Positions 13,439 through 26,107 of a stretch of 64,000 bases of DNA are shown here, in pieces. The stretch is from positions 196,726,001 to 196,790,000 of the forward strand of contig OZ038378.1 of NCBI GenBank assembly GCA_964036045.1. Reading direction: 5' to 3'. How positions within the stretch are numbered: position 1 is the stretch's first letter; each line of letters begins with the position of its first letter. The stretch is from Eutreptiella sp. 'Long Island Sound 2002' (lineage: Eukaryota > Protista > Euglenida). The notes under the pieces were generated by a model. It had not been told where the DNA came from. It searched no databases and was given only the letters and a program-made list of their open reading frames with translations. Made by a program: the position numbers and the translations under genes.

Positions 13439-13689
13439 TGCCACGGACGGCAGGCGCTATGGTCTGCCATGACAACGCGCTGCCGGAGCACTCTGTGGGC
13501 CTCTGCAGCCGAGGCTATGCATTTGAGGCAAATGCTGTTGGGCAAGAGGCAGTAAGACATGAAACAGGCTGATGGATGTTTGGAGGGCCAGAGGCCTTGC
13601 ACACGGGGGGATGTGCACCTCTGCTGATGCCTCGGGGGCAAGGATGTATTAGAATGGCTGACGACCATAGGACCCCCCCCCCAGACCTC

Positions 13690-13800
13690 CTCCCCCCCTG
13701 GACCCCTCCACCCTGGACCCAGATTTCATAGTGGGAAAAAATGAAATTTACAAAAGGAAATATTGATTTGGGCCATTTTTGGTACACAAACTTTTGCCCC
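13690..13800 (+). repeat. Short dispersed repeat; related copy in opposite orientation at ~60130-60230
   Basis: ttgggccatttttggtacacaaacttttg versus reverse complement of caaaagtttgtataccaaaaaaggcccaa at ~60143-60171; both flanked by C/G runs. Confidence 0.55.
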
Positions 13801-15459
13801 CCCCCCCCCCCCCTCTTGCCCGACCTGTCCACCGTTGTAGGGCTCTGGGCAGTGCCTCAGCTACAGTTTCTCCCGCCGCCTGCTCCTCCACCACGGCCAC
13901 TGGTGGTGTCTGTTAATGGGTTCAACTCTTTTCTTCCATGGGAGTTCAGCCTCATGGTGGCCTACCTTGTGTGTGGGCTCCCCAAGTGGCTTGGTACTGC
14001 ACCTGACGCTGCCGGTGGAGCCAGATTGGCACCCTGCGGTGGCCACAGTGCTTGTTGTGGCATCTGCACCAGCCCTGGACTGGGCACTGTCCCGCCTGTT
14101 GGATCTGGCGGCAGCCCGCATGCAACTATGCCCTGCTCACCGACCAGCCGCTAGCAGCGCCCACTATAGTATTGCCTGCACCCTTGCAGCCGTTCAGGCG
14201 ACAGCTTTATTTTTTTGGCTCAGACCAAGATGAGCTGGCGTACCCTGCTCATCATATGTTACTTGAGATAACCTCTCGGCATCAAGGTTCAGAGCTATCC
14301 AGTGCTACGATGACCCCACGATGTCTGTGGTAGCGGATCTGACACGTAGTGAGGATTAGCTGAGTCTGAAACCAGGTTATGCAGTGGGAAACTGCCACGC
14401 CCATAGGCTTCCCAGTGTGCATGAGGCGGTTGTAGCCGTTCAGGCTACATCAACTTTGGCTCTATGTAAGCCCTAGGGTGGCCCACTGCTGGCACCCTGA
14501 CGGGCCCCCTGTGCGGTGATGGGGCTCCCGTCCAAGCCTTCGACGTCACGCTAGTTGCATACCACGATCACCGCAACAGCCCAGTGCCTGCATGTGCCTG
14601 CGTGTGCGAGTGCTGCCGTACCTGCATGCACTCCACTCCCTTCCCCCGGGCCCTGGGCACAGGCCACGGAACCACCAGAGTTAGTAACACCCCAGACACA
14701 AAGCGCAAAGTGACGCTCCTCGAGGGTAGGCAATGGGTTGACTGTTGGCTGGGCCAGGCACGGTACCACGGTGTGACCCAACGTGCCTGTTGTCCACCCC
14801 ACAGCCTTGTTGTGTGCCCACCCACATACACAGGCATAATGACGGCGTCTCCAGCTCACCACCGCTGAGGCGTGGTCAATGGGGGCTGTCCTAGTCGACT
14901 CGACCTTGGAATCGGACAGCCAGGATTTGGAACCAGCGCCACACAAGGAAGGACACGCAGGCCTGCCATCCCTGCCGTCTGTGGGAGGCCCTGTCCCAAC
15001 CCAACCCAATCCCCCCCTCCTCTAGGGGAATCCTTGCACTGCACGCTGCTTTTAGACTAGATTCCCCGGTAAAGAGCCCCCACTACCGACCCCTTCCAAA
15101 CACCCTCAAAATTAGGCCACCCCAGCTACCCTAGCTCAAGACGGTTGTGTACTACCTTCCCTTCCCATCAAATGTGATGAAATAATGTCCCTTGAATCTT
15201 TGAAGCCCTTTACGTTCCCAAAGAAGAACACCCGCCAGTGTCACAAGGGCCGAAGGAAAGTCTTTCTACCCATTGAATCTCAGCAACAACACGATTCAAG
15301 TAAGACTACACACGATGCACATTTGCCCACCATGCATCCTTAGATTATCAAGCTGCCCTTTGTCTAATGGTTGATCTGCACTTGCACTTGTCATGTGCAT
15401 ATTGTCCGACACAACATGCAAATCAAGAGGCTGATGTAGAGTGCCCACATTGAGGGCCG

Positions 15460-15690
15460 CCATAGTGGGGAGAAAACAACCTAGAAAGTAGAACATGCAG
15501 CGAGCGAAAATAGGTGAAAATAGAAAAAAATGGGTGAAAACCCATAAATGCCATATCCGATGCAAAAGAAGCACCAAAAGACGTGCTATCAAACAACAAT
15601 GATGCCCCTAGTACCACAAAGTTTGGGTTTCTAGTACGGCGAGGAGCCCAAATAGTCGCACTGCGCGCGCAGCGCACGCACACTGTGCTT
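15460..15690 (+). repeat. Dispersed repeat end module; second copy at ~57490-57730
   Basis: Shared tcaaacaacaatgatgcccct..cacaaag..tctagtacggc..cccaaatagtYgcactgcgc, each preceded by a 53-bp-family fragment (tggggagaaa..caac). Confidence 0.7.
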
Positions 15691-17001
15691 AAGGCCCCCC
15701 CTCTCTTCTAATACACCCCTGCTAGGGGGTTGTGTGAAATTTACTTCCATTTTTGGGGTCTACCACACCCTCAACCCAAAGGGCACCCGGCAATATTCTG
15801 GTGCAATATCATCCTCATCCTCATCATCATTATGATGTTGCTAAGGATGGAGGGAAATACACCAGGCAGGTGAATGCCCCATGTCTCAGCATAGGGGGTC
15901 CTAGAGCAGCAATTGCCCAATGAGCATTGGTTCCCTGCGCCCTTTGCAGCAAGAAACTCAAAGGGCAGGAACGTGCGGACAATTGGTATGCAAATGGTCC
16001 TTCAGCTGGCATATGACAGCGACAAGCATTACTCTAGTAGTTGTGCAGCAGTGTGTCAACAAAAAAGTCCTTGATTCAATTCCTGGCGACAACAGTGTGC
16101 AACCAAATTGACGACCCACCAGCCTAATGAAGAAATTGTTTTTTTCATGCACAAACAAAGCCACAAGAAGACAAATGCACATACGAAGCCCATCAAAAAT
16201 CGCCCTGGTCAAAAACAGCCAAGGAAGAGGCCATCGGATGCCTCTTCACAACGAGCGCCACAGGAAGGAGAAACCTAACCAAACCAAGGTGGGTTGGTGC
16301 CGCGCCAAAGTGGCTAAATTTTGACACGAATTTATTTCGCACAGCGGCCTCAAAATTGAGCAAGAACTTTCACACACATTTGAAATACGAAATTTCCCAC
16401 AACGAATTTATTCCCATTGCGACCCCCCCCCCCGTGTCACATTCAAAGCAAAACATGTTGCATTCACGCCTCCAGATGTGGTTCTCCCCACTCACCGCAA
16501 CAATCCCTCCCCCGCCCCCTGCCCCAGTTTTGACATGATTGTTGCATAAGCCTACCCTGGGGCAGTTGTTGCACTGTGCGCACTGCGTGCATACTGCGCA
16601 CACAGATGCTAGGATACTCACCCAAGATTTCCTATTACCTGTGTGATAGCACAGCGAAGGAGCAAAGCCCACGGGATTCCGTAGCAGACACCTTGAAGTT
16701 GTATCACCATATACTAAGCCTAGGGTGCCCGTTTGACATTTGGCAATAGGCATGGGAGAGGCATGAACACACAGAAGGGGGTTGAGTTACAACCGTAACA
16801 CGGACCGTAGGAAAGATTGGCCCGGTTTCCTCAATAGCACCGGAAGGCTGAGTCGAAGACAAAGGACAGTCTGGTTCCCTGTAGGTACTGAAACCACCGA
16901 ATTAGAGCTCAGGGCGGCCTTGGGTTCCCTGAAGGCACTTCCTTAGCACTTGCCCCTAGCAGCGATCAAAGTAGATGCTCCAGCTTCCTCTTTCACTCAG
17001 C

Positions 17002-17520
17002 ATGGCTACATCACCCCTGCCGTCTCGGGGGCCCACTTGTTGGCAGAATGGCTACATCACCCCTGCCTTCTCAGGGTCCCCATAGTGGGGAGAAATCAAT
17101 ATGGCTATATCACCCCGGCCTTCTCGGGGTCCCCATAGTGGGGAGAGTCCAACATGGCTACATCACCCCTGCCGTCTCGGGGGCCCACTTGTGGGCAGAA
17201 TGGCGACATCACCCCTACCTTCTCGGGGTCCCCATGGTGCGGAGAGTACAATATGGCTACATCACCCCTACCTTCTTAGGGTCCCCATAGTGGGGAGAAA
17301 TCAATATGGCTACATTACCGCTACCTTCTTAGGGACCCCATAGTGGGAAGAAATCAATATGGCTACATTACCCGTGCCTTCTCGGGGTCCCCATAGTGGG
17401 GAGAGTTCAACATGGCTACATCACCCTTGCCTTCTCGGGGTCCCCATGGTAGGGAGAGTTCAATATGGCTACATCATCTCCGCCTTCTCAAGGTCCCCAT
17501 GGTGGGGAGAGTTCAATGTG
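17002..17520 (+). repeat. 53-bp minisatellite, ~10 units (two 46-bp variants)
   Basis: Unit atggctacatcacccctgccttctcggggtccccatagtggggagaaatcaat; unit starts at 17002, 17048, 17101, 17154, 17200, 17253, 17306, 17359, 17412, 17465. Confidence 0.95.
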
Positions 17521-17539
17521 GGGGATGGAAAATGGGTAA

Positions 17540-17704
17540 AATTGGTTGAAAATGGGCAAAAATGGGTGACAATTCAAATGTGCCACATCCCAAATGCACA
17601 GGAAGCTAAAACAAAAAACTAGAATGGAACCAAAAACTTGTCACAAGGGGCCAAAAGTAGGGTCCGGGTAATCGGCAACATCCAAAACTTCGCACTACGT
17701 GCAC
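17540..17704 (+). repeat. ~165-bp terminal module shared with 57001-57164
   Basis: ggttgaaaatgggcaaaaatgg.tgacaattcaaat..gccaca..aggaagctaaaa..ggaaccaaaaacttgt..acatccaaaacttcgcacNNNgtgcac present in both places. Confidence 0.85.
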
Positions 17705-19684
17705 AGCATTCCCCCTATCAATACATGCCCTAACAAGTCATCGACCACCAAACCAAAAATGCACACAATCGACACTTTGGCACATTTTGGCAACCTTGGA
17801 AAGTGGGGGGTAGCCAAACCCAAAAATGCACTTCATCACAAATTTGGGGAGCCCCCTTGCCCAAACAATGCATTGAAAGCGCGGGCAGGACCTTCGCATT
17901 GCTACTGTGGGTTGTACGAGGGCCATGTGTGCCTTGGCAAGAAGCGGTAGAGCTTCAGTGCTTAGAGCCACTCTTGGTGCTCATAGTCCACCCACCTAGG
18001 ATCAATCAGCTTGCGAATCACAAATCATCAACATCATGAGGAGAGAAGCTACCTCAAGGTCTGAGCATCACGCAAGGCAACGACCCCCGCGAAGTATCAA
18101 GACATGCCTTTACGCCCCGGTCCTCCTATCTCTTGCACTTGGCAATTGGTATGTTATCTACATAACAACATTGTGGCCTCTTCCCTGAGGGATGCAAGAA
18201 GCCCCTTCAACCCAGTCCTGGAGCAAGCCGGCCCACTTCATCAGATGCACCCATACTTTGCCCCTGACCCATCTGAGCAGAGTCGCGGCAGAGTGAGGGG
18301 ACCTTGTTGAAACTTTTTTGCACCAGTGGACCAATTGTGCCGGCTCAAGAGAAGCCAAGATGTTCCAAAAGCTGCGGGCTTTCCTTTGTGTTGTGCTTTT
18401 AGAGGGCTAAGTTGAGGAAGGAATTCATTTTAAGGAGCAATAGTCCATGGAATCATCGCCACATCTACACCGAACCTGACGTCAACGACAGGCCATTATG
18501 TAATTAGGTTGGCTGTACCCTGTATGACAAGAAGCTCCATCTGAAGGGCAATTTATGTTTGCTTTGTGCACGCTCGGCCATGAGCCACTTGGGCCTCCAG
18601 AGACCCGTTGACCTGCATCATTTTGTACAGCACTGTGGAGTGCGTGGGTGAGGGCTCAGGAACCCAGCTCCTGGCATAACTTGGCAGCTCAACACAGCTG
18701 CGAACCCACTGTGTAGGCGGGTCGTCTGCACATAACCCCGACGAGATTGGTCCCCCATGGTGTATCCCTGTCTCCAACGCTGGGATTTCAAATTCAGCAA
18801 GGTCACTGGGCCCAAAACGAGGGGTCATAGGGTCAAGCGCTATATGGCCAATCCCAAGCGGGCACCGGGTGTCTGACAACCCCGGCATCGCTTCTAAGGG
18901 CACCGTATATTCGGATAGGTCAGCATGCTCCACACTCATCTGCGTGGCTCTAGGGGGGAACACCTGAGGTTGGGGGGAGGGGCGGGGGGGTATGGGAGGC
19001 GGCGGCGGCCGCAAACATGGGCGCAAGTTCAACCGGTAGCATGGTATGTTGCAGGGGATCTTGAGTATCATCCCTCCATCTCCGGATGTGCATGCAGGCG
19101 ACCAGAGGGCTAAGTTGACGTGTAGGTTTTGTGTGGCTCTCGTATGGCCCCCTGCACCGCACAAGCGCGTAGCATGTACTGAAAGGGGTGGGTGTCACTT
19201 GAAGATGGGACTGGGGGCATCCAATTCCCCTTGCCTAGAAGGGGCCGGAATCCTTTTACAGATCTACTCGAATAAACAAAATCAAATGTGCCATTGGCTG
19301 TCTCCCCAATGATGAACAGAACATGATCCCTATGCTGAGTGTTGCCTTGGGTCGCTTGACAGGCATCGAACGTTGCCTGGCTGAATGCCAAAAAGTGGCC
19401 ATCCCACCCTGACAAACATGGCTCCTTTCATTTGCGGGGCACAAACGGTCCACTCCCCTCTCCTTCGCTGCCAGCGAAGGGCTTGTCGAGGGGGGCCATG
19501 GTGTCAGGTTTTGAAATAAGCAGCATGACCTCAAGGTAGACTCACTCAGTTCAATTGTGCTCAATTGTGACAATGCCAATGTTCTTTGCATTGCTGCTTT
19601 GCGGCGCAAACCAAGCCTACACCGAATGTTGCCTTGAGGGCACCGCTGTGAAAGGGCTATTGAGTGTTGCATGAGCCGCTTGGA

Positions 19685-19743
19685 TTCTGCCTGCCCCAGC
19701 CCTCCCCCCTGAGCACAACAAAGACGGCATGTTTCACTTTCCA
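19685..19743 (-). repeat. Split direct repeat B2 (copy B1 at 19987-20045)
   Basis: ttctgcctgcccca..ctgagcacaacaaagacggcatgtttcactttcca duplicated ~300 bp apart. Confidence 0.9.
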
Positions 19744-19833
19744 CGGGCAGCAGTGCGAAGCATCAATGATAAGATGGGGCACGGTCCTCACTTCGCCCCA
19801 GTTGGACTAAGATACAACACAAGGGTGGGTGGG

Positions 19834-19985
19834 CTGAGCCCCCCCCCCCACTCGCATAGAAATAAAACAAGACCGGGGAGGGAGCTGGAGGGGGACGGGG
19901 GCAACAGGATCAGGAGTGGGGACGGGTTGAGCCGGGGCCCCGGTGGCACAACTTCCGTTACCTCCGCTGCACTACACTAACTGCA
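19834..19985 (-). repeat. Split direct repeat A2 (copy A1 at 41970-42125)
   Basis: ctgagcccc..actcgca.agaaata..gggcaacaggatcaggagtgggga..ccccggtggca.aacttccgttacctccgctgc..cactaactgca shared between the two loci. Confidence 0.9.
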
Positions 19986-21289
19986 TTTCTGCCTGCCCCA
20001 ACCGTGCCCCCTGAGCACAACAAAGACGGCATGTTTCACTTTCCAAGGATGGCACATTTATTGCGCGCCTCCTGTCTGTTTTCCCACCCCCTGTCCCCCC
20101 TGTCCCCTGTCAGAGTTACGGAAACGCCAAGGGGGGCGGATCATTTCTGCCAGTCCATTGTATTGGTCACCAGCTGCTTTTGCCCACATCTGGCGACGTC
20201 TCTCGGCCTCAGAGACCGTGTGTCGCCTTAACTGGAAGCATTTTTCCTTGCTCAGGGGGTCTGGTGGGTTAAGCGCGGAACTCACCCTAAAGGAGCTGAT
20301 GGAGGTGCCAGACTAGCACCTAAGCAGGAACAGACGCCTAGGGATACATTGTTGCGTGGCGGATCCCACAGACGCCCGCAGCGTGTTGACCTGGGATCTT
20401 GTCACGTTACTATCTGAACCTATTCTAACACTCGCATACCCATGGTACGTGGCCAGCTTGGCGACCACATAAACTGCAAACAACTCAGCTTGCTGGAGGG
20501 AGGAGATCCAGGGGGGACAACGCATGGAACGGTAGAAACCCTTTTCCCCAACAATTCCGACGCGGGGCGGCATCAGTAAAAACTTCCCATGGAGCAGCGT
20601 CACAGCTGCCTAGAGAGTCGGCTGCTTGGGGCACACAGGAGAAAAGCAGCACAGTAGCCACGCCTTTGGCCACACCCCGTCTGAACAATCCCTGCCCCCG
20701 TTGGAGGGCAGTATAGGCACCTGCAAGGAAAGCTCCCAGGCCCACATTAGGCCTGCCCAGCCAGCACAGCTTTCCCAGCAGTCGTTCCATGGCACACCTG
20801 GGTAGACGCCCACGTCCCACCCCCCTCACCCAGGACCGGAAAGCGCCAACCAGTGCGCCTACCGCGTTGCCTATGATACTTGCCCTGGTATCAATTTGCT
20901 TGCCAATGAAGCCGATGCTCTCCGTGGGTGAAACCTCGCTTTTTGCTCCCACAATGAACCCTGCTCGTTGGAGCAGTGCCGCGTAGTCCCTAACAGCCTT
21001 ACACAGTCGTCCTTTACGCTTGGCTGAGAGCAATATGTCGTCCAGGTATACCCACCCCCGGACTCCTCTCCTGGAGAGCACCCGGCGAACCCCTGCTAGG
21101 ACGAGGCGTTGGCAAACAGCTGGGCTGTAGCTCCAGCCAAAGGGCAGACGGTCATATCGGAACTTTCTCCCCGAACCTCCCTCAACCACAAAGATTCTCC
21201 TCCACAGGGGGGGTAGTCTAATGCTCCAATAAGCATTCTTCAAATCCAGCTTGGCGAGGAACACACGACCCCCCCCCCCCCCCAGTACG

Positions 21290-24200
21290 GGGGGATCAAT
21301 GGTAGGTTCTGATAGACTGAATGTCCCCGCCATAGACAATTCCAGCCATTAGTCCAGCAGTACTGCGCAGTCCAATCAATGCACGTGTCCCCTTCTTGGT
21401 TGGGGTGCTCCACTATGTAAAGTACAGTGAGGCGTTTTTTGCGGTTAGCTCTGCGGGTCACTTGAGTGCTTGTCCTTTCTGCCGACTCTAAAGAACAACC
21501 AGGATCAATAAAAAAGCAGTCGTCCATAAGGTGTGGACTGCATTCATTGTACTACTTGCAAACTGACTGGGCTGCTCCCCGTCAGTTGCTGTTTAGTTTC
21601 AAACAGAGCAGGAAGAAACATACAATAGGCGGAGAGGAGGGTGTGAGGGTGGTAAACTGGCGAGGAAACCACAGTGCTAGTGGATACAAAGCAGTTAGTC
21701 ACGACCGCCTTCTGTGGAGCACGTGCGAAAGCTGAGCTGGCTTGCACTGTCAGTGCTTTTTGCACTCCATGAATCAGTGTCGCAGTGACTGATGTCAGAT
21801 GTTGTCGAGAGAGCGTCAGCCATGAGTGTAAGGTTGAGTGTAGTGAGGACCGCCTGTCCTTCAATGGAGTGAATGAGCGGAGGTGATGCCTGTGCACCAA
21901 AATCAAGACGTTTCACTGGAAGCGGAGAGCTGTCTAGTGTAAGTAGCTTAGGCTTTTTTGGGGCACACGGTGTGCCAGCCACAGAGAGCAGCAGGGATGG
22001 GGTGCGTGGGTGAGGAAACCGCGGGTGCAGTTGCCTGCCCTGGTCAGCCAAGCGGTCCGCCTCATTGTTACCTTTGATGGTTACGTGTGAAGGTACTTTG
22101 ACCCAATGAACAGTGCGTGGATTCTCATCTAGTGCAGCCAGGAGTTGTTCCCACAGAGGAACGTTGGAGACTGGGCCACACGACCCTATCCACCCACGCA
22201 GGCGCCAGCGGCGCGCAACGCCGGTCGCCCCCAGGACCACGTACTGTGAGTCCGTGCAGATCGCAATGTCCCCTGTGCTAAATATGCGAAGCGCTCTGAT
22301 GACTGCCAGCAGCTCTGCCGAGTTGTTTGTCTGCCTGTATTCATCCGGCACAAAAGCCGCTATGCTCATTTGCTTTTCACAAAATATGCCATATCCTGCC
22401 AGACGGCCTGCGTGGCCCTTCACCGCTGAGGAGCCGTCCGTGTAAACAAGGGGGGTAGCACTGTCTGAAAGGTCCTGCAACACCTCTTGTAGCTCCTCCG
22501 CCTTCTGCAGTTTGCGGAGTTTCCGCGCAGTGTTACGCGCTTGCCGCTTTGACGGGGGGGGTGTCGGTGGTGTATTGGCGAAAGGGCTGGGGGGAGGGGA
22601 AGGTTTGGGTGCTGTGGTTGGAGGGGTGGGTCGCGGCTGTGAGGACCGCTGAAGGAAATCCAGAAACCACGCTAGGACTGTCTTGGGGATGGGAAGGTAG
22701 CGGGGGCGGGAGGTCCAGGAATTCAACGTGTGAAACCACTTGGCACAAAAAGATTCCCATGTAATCCGAAAAAAGGAGTTGTGCTTTTTGGCACAACGAG
22801 CGACCAATTTGTAATGATGGCAGACCAGCCAATCAGGCCAGCTGGTGTTTCCAAAGAGGCGAGCTTATCGTCCTACAGCAAATGTACAACGTCAAATGGA
22901 TGCGGCCCGGTGGACCGAAAGGCCGTATTGACGACCTCAAAGGCTCCTACAAGGAACCGGCAGCGAAATAGTGCATGTGAGATTGATTCTAATTCGTTGT
23001 CAATAGGACACCACACCTCCAAGGGCTTCCAGTCCTGTTGGCGCTGACCCACCGGTAGCTTGGCCCATAGGGCCCTGTGGATGAAATCTTTGTGTGAAGG
23101 CGGAAGGTTGCATCGATGAAAGGCCTGCCACACCGCGTCAAGCTGACGGGGTGTGAGCGAGTGGGGTAGTGAGAGCATGTCTACCACTGGCGAGCGGGTC
23201 CAGCGAGACCAGAAGGTAAGGTCCGGCAGGGGAAGTGAGGTGTGGGGCGTAGGAACGGGTGGTGGTGGGGAGTGGCTGGTTGCTAAGCGGCGCCTCTAAA
23301 TGGGTTCCCACGTGGGGGCTAGCTGCGAAAACAATGAGTCGTCCTCTAGCAGCTGGCCCACGGTGAGTACCCCCAATCGGATGAGTCGCGGAGAAAAGTA
23401 GGATAATCGTTGGTCATTCAGGAAAAGGGATGAGTGCCACAGTGGAGTGTCGTAGGCAAGCAGGGCTGGCTCTTCAAAACAAATGTCTCTTTTAACCAGG
23501 GAGAAAGCCCGCGCACACCAGCCCAGATACGGTATATTATTTTTGATAACGTTGGATCCTATTTGAAAGAAAGGCAATGAGGCCGGCGAAACCAGAATGC
23601 CCAGATCTTGGGCAAATGGCTGAAAGGAGTTATGCCAGATGTTGGGAACACTCAGAGGGTCGTTCACGTACGCCACAAAAGCAGAAGCGTGCTGCCAATG
23701 GAGAAAAGTCTCTGGCGGTGCCAGGCTGTACCCTCCCCGACTTGGGGGGTGGGACAAAATGTTCAGGGTAAGGGCCCAGGAGTTTAATTTGAGTGCGACT
23801 TCGTAAACGGTCCGCAGCGTATTGACGACTGCTAGGGAGGGAAAAACCACGCGGGCTGGATACACAAGCAGAGGAAGGATCCAAAGCTTCAGGAGCATGA
23901 CCCGCTCCGGTAGCGAAAGGGCCCAGGACTGCATGGCAAAGGCTTGCCCTAGTGCCTTCTGCAGCGCGTGCGAGAAAGCCTGCTCCGAGGTGACGTTCCC
24001 GAACTCAATGCCAAGATACTTATATGTGTCCTAAAATTTAAGGCAAGTGGAAAGAAGTTGCAGCTTGAGAGCTTCCGGCCATTGTCCTTTCAACGAAACT
24101 GCCGACTTTTTGTAATTAACGTGCAAACCTGAGTATCTGGAAAAAGCTCTGACAGAACCCCAGACCAATAGAAAAATGTATACAGCGTTCTCTGGCTCCC

Positions 24201-25132
24201 CTGTAACAACGATAAGAAGATCATCAACGTACAAGAGAACCTGCACATTGTCAGAGATAGACATGAGTTTCTGAGCCAATGGTGAAATGAGCATAGCAAA
24301 GATGGAGGGCGACAGGGGGCAGCCCTGCCGGACTCCTGAGGCAGGAGAGAATCTGTGATGGGGCACAACAACTCCCCTAACAAGCAGGTAGATCGGAGCA
24401 GTGAAAAGCTCCATCAGCAAATTAATGATCGGAAGAGGAATGCCCATGTCCATAAAGAACGTCTTAGCAAAAACATGCAAAACAGAATCAAATGCTTTAC
24501 TAAAATCGACCGGGCACAAAATGCCCTGGCGGGTCGCAGACCATGTGCCGAAGGCCTGCCAAAGATTATCGAAGATATAGCGGCCTTTGATAAAGCCCCT
24601 TTGCTGAATAAGGGTAACTGCCGACACAAAGTCCTGAAGCTCAAGCGAAACAATAGAGGCAACCCACTTGTTGTTAAAATTTTGTAAGACAAGAGGTCTC
24701 ACATCCTGAGCGCTGGGCAGACCCGCTGTTTTAGGGATGGGATTGAGCAAAGCAAGGGACCAGGTCTCCGGCAGGGATGGCGAGACCAACAGATTCTGAT
24801 AAATCTGAGACATAAGCAGGACAAAATACTCAGAGAATCGTTTTTAAACTGCTCCCGTGAAGCCGTCAATTCCTGGGGACGGCGTGGCGCTGAGCGAGTC
24901 CAACGCAGCGTGGACCAGATCAATCGATGCAGGTCTAATAAGTAACTTGGCCATGTCTGCCAAAAGCTTGTCCCCGAAGAAAGAGCGTAAATACTCTGAA
25001 ACCCGCGGGGAGGAGAGTCCGGTGGACGACATCGTGTCAGACCGAAAACCAAGGAGCTCTTTAGCGATTGCTTCAGGGTCCGGGAGGACCCGTCCCATCT
25101 TTGTCTGTAAGGTATGGAGCTGTCTTTTCACC
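21290..25132 (-). mobile_element. LINE-B, 3' half: ORF2 RT, zf-RVT and RNase H (frameshifted pseudogene)
   Basis: DFSKAFDSV, GVRQGCPLSP, YVDDLL (24031..24813); LWAKLPVG..CP..ESISHALFRC (22873..23187); VYTDGS, QTNNSAELLAV, TDSQYV, WVKVPSH..GNNEADRLA (21695..22807). Confidence 0.9.
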
Positions 25133-25249
25133 CACATGTCGCTCCATCGCTTTGCTTCTTATGTCCAAATCGCCGGGGATTTTAAATGGAAAATGCCTAG
25201 GAACGTGCTCGGATACACCTAAGGCTATACCGAATATGCTTGGGGATCT

Positions 25250-25400
25250 CCTGAGCGGCCACGGGAAAAATCCCAAGCGATTTCCCGAGCGGCCACCGGA
25301 TAAATCCCAAGCGATATCCCGAGCGGGCCCCGGATAAATCCCAAGCGATATCCCGAGCGCACACCGGATAAATCCCGAGCGTTTTTCCGAGCGGCTAGCG
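25250..25400 (+). repeat. Subterminal ~35-bp tandem repeats of the TIR element (second block at ~31785-31920, same orientation)
   Basis: Unit cccgagcg(g/c)ccaccggataaatcccaagcgat(a/t)t, about 4 copies per block. Confidence 0.85.
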
Positions 25401-25476
25401 GAGAAATCCCCGGTGAGAGTTGGTGCATCCACAGAAAAAATCGCTCGTGGCGCGTACTAACAAAAAAAAAAGAAAA

Positions 25477-26107
25477 ATTGTACAAAGTACCACAAAAAAC
25501 ATGTGTCCGGCACCTCCCAACAGTTGGGTATGCGGCCCACGTGCTGCAGTCCGACATTCGCACCCCCCCACCCCAAAACAGGGTGGGTGACATCGGTTTG
25601 GGTATACCCCGGCCGCACCGAGGAGCTCAGGGAGTGGGTTCCTGAGGTAGAGGTCAGCAAAGGTTAACGGTTAGCCCCACTTTCCACTATGGTATTTGAG
25701 CGCTTTTGGGCAAGGGAAATCCGTACTTTCAATCGCAAATTCACAGTAATGCAACATCCCATGTCTCTTGAACCATTCCACTATGGTATTTGAGTGCTTT
25801 TGGTCAAAGGAAATCCGTACTTTCAATCGCAAATTCACACTAATGCAAAATCCCTTTGGTTCGCAAATTCGCAAATTCGCAAATGTGAGCATTGCAACAA
25901 TAATAATTGCAAAATTGTACAAAGTACCACAAGAAACATGTGTCGGGCACCTCCGAACAGTTGGGTATGCGGCCCACGTGCTGCAGTCCGACATTCGCAA
26001 GGCCCCACCCCAAAATAGGGTGGGTGACATCGGTTTGGGTATACCCCGGCCGCACCGAGGACCTCAGGGAGTGGGTTCCTGAGGTAGAGGTCAGCAAAGG
26101 TTAACGG
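25477..26107 (+). repeat. ~195-bp direct duplication (25477-25670 and 25914-26107) enclosing two 94-bp units
   Basis: aaaattgtacaaagtaccacaa..ggtagaggtcagcaaaggttaacggt occurs twice; 94-bp units start at 25684 and 25778. Confidence 0.9.

Larger units (their letters stand above)
19685..21289 (-). mobile_element. 3' part of a tyrosine-recombinase (VIPER/TATE/Ngaro-like) retrotransposon: RT core, RNase H and B1-A2-B2 terminal repeats
   Basis: FLAKLDLKNAYW..YDRLPFGWSYSP..WVYLDDILL (DIRS-type RT); VFTDAA, QQAELFAV, IGSDS, SSALNPPDPLS (DIRS-type RNase H, frameshifted); repeats B 19685-19743 and 19987-20045, A 19834-19985. Confidence 0.85.

Noticed and set aside
17002-17520. CRISPR-like periodicity of the 53-bp array (also the 94-bp and 35-bp arrays)
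   Set aside because: Units are similar along their whole length with no unique spacers, no cas genes, and the context is eukaryotic.
17720-19684. Coding-like fragments (18158..18358, 18553..19164, 19256..19744) flanking the YR element
   Set aside because: No recognisable motif in any frame; may be an old decayed element but cannot be called.
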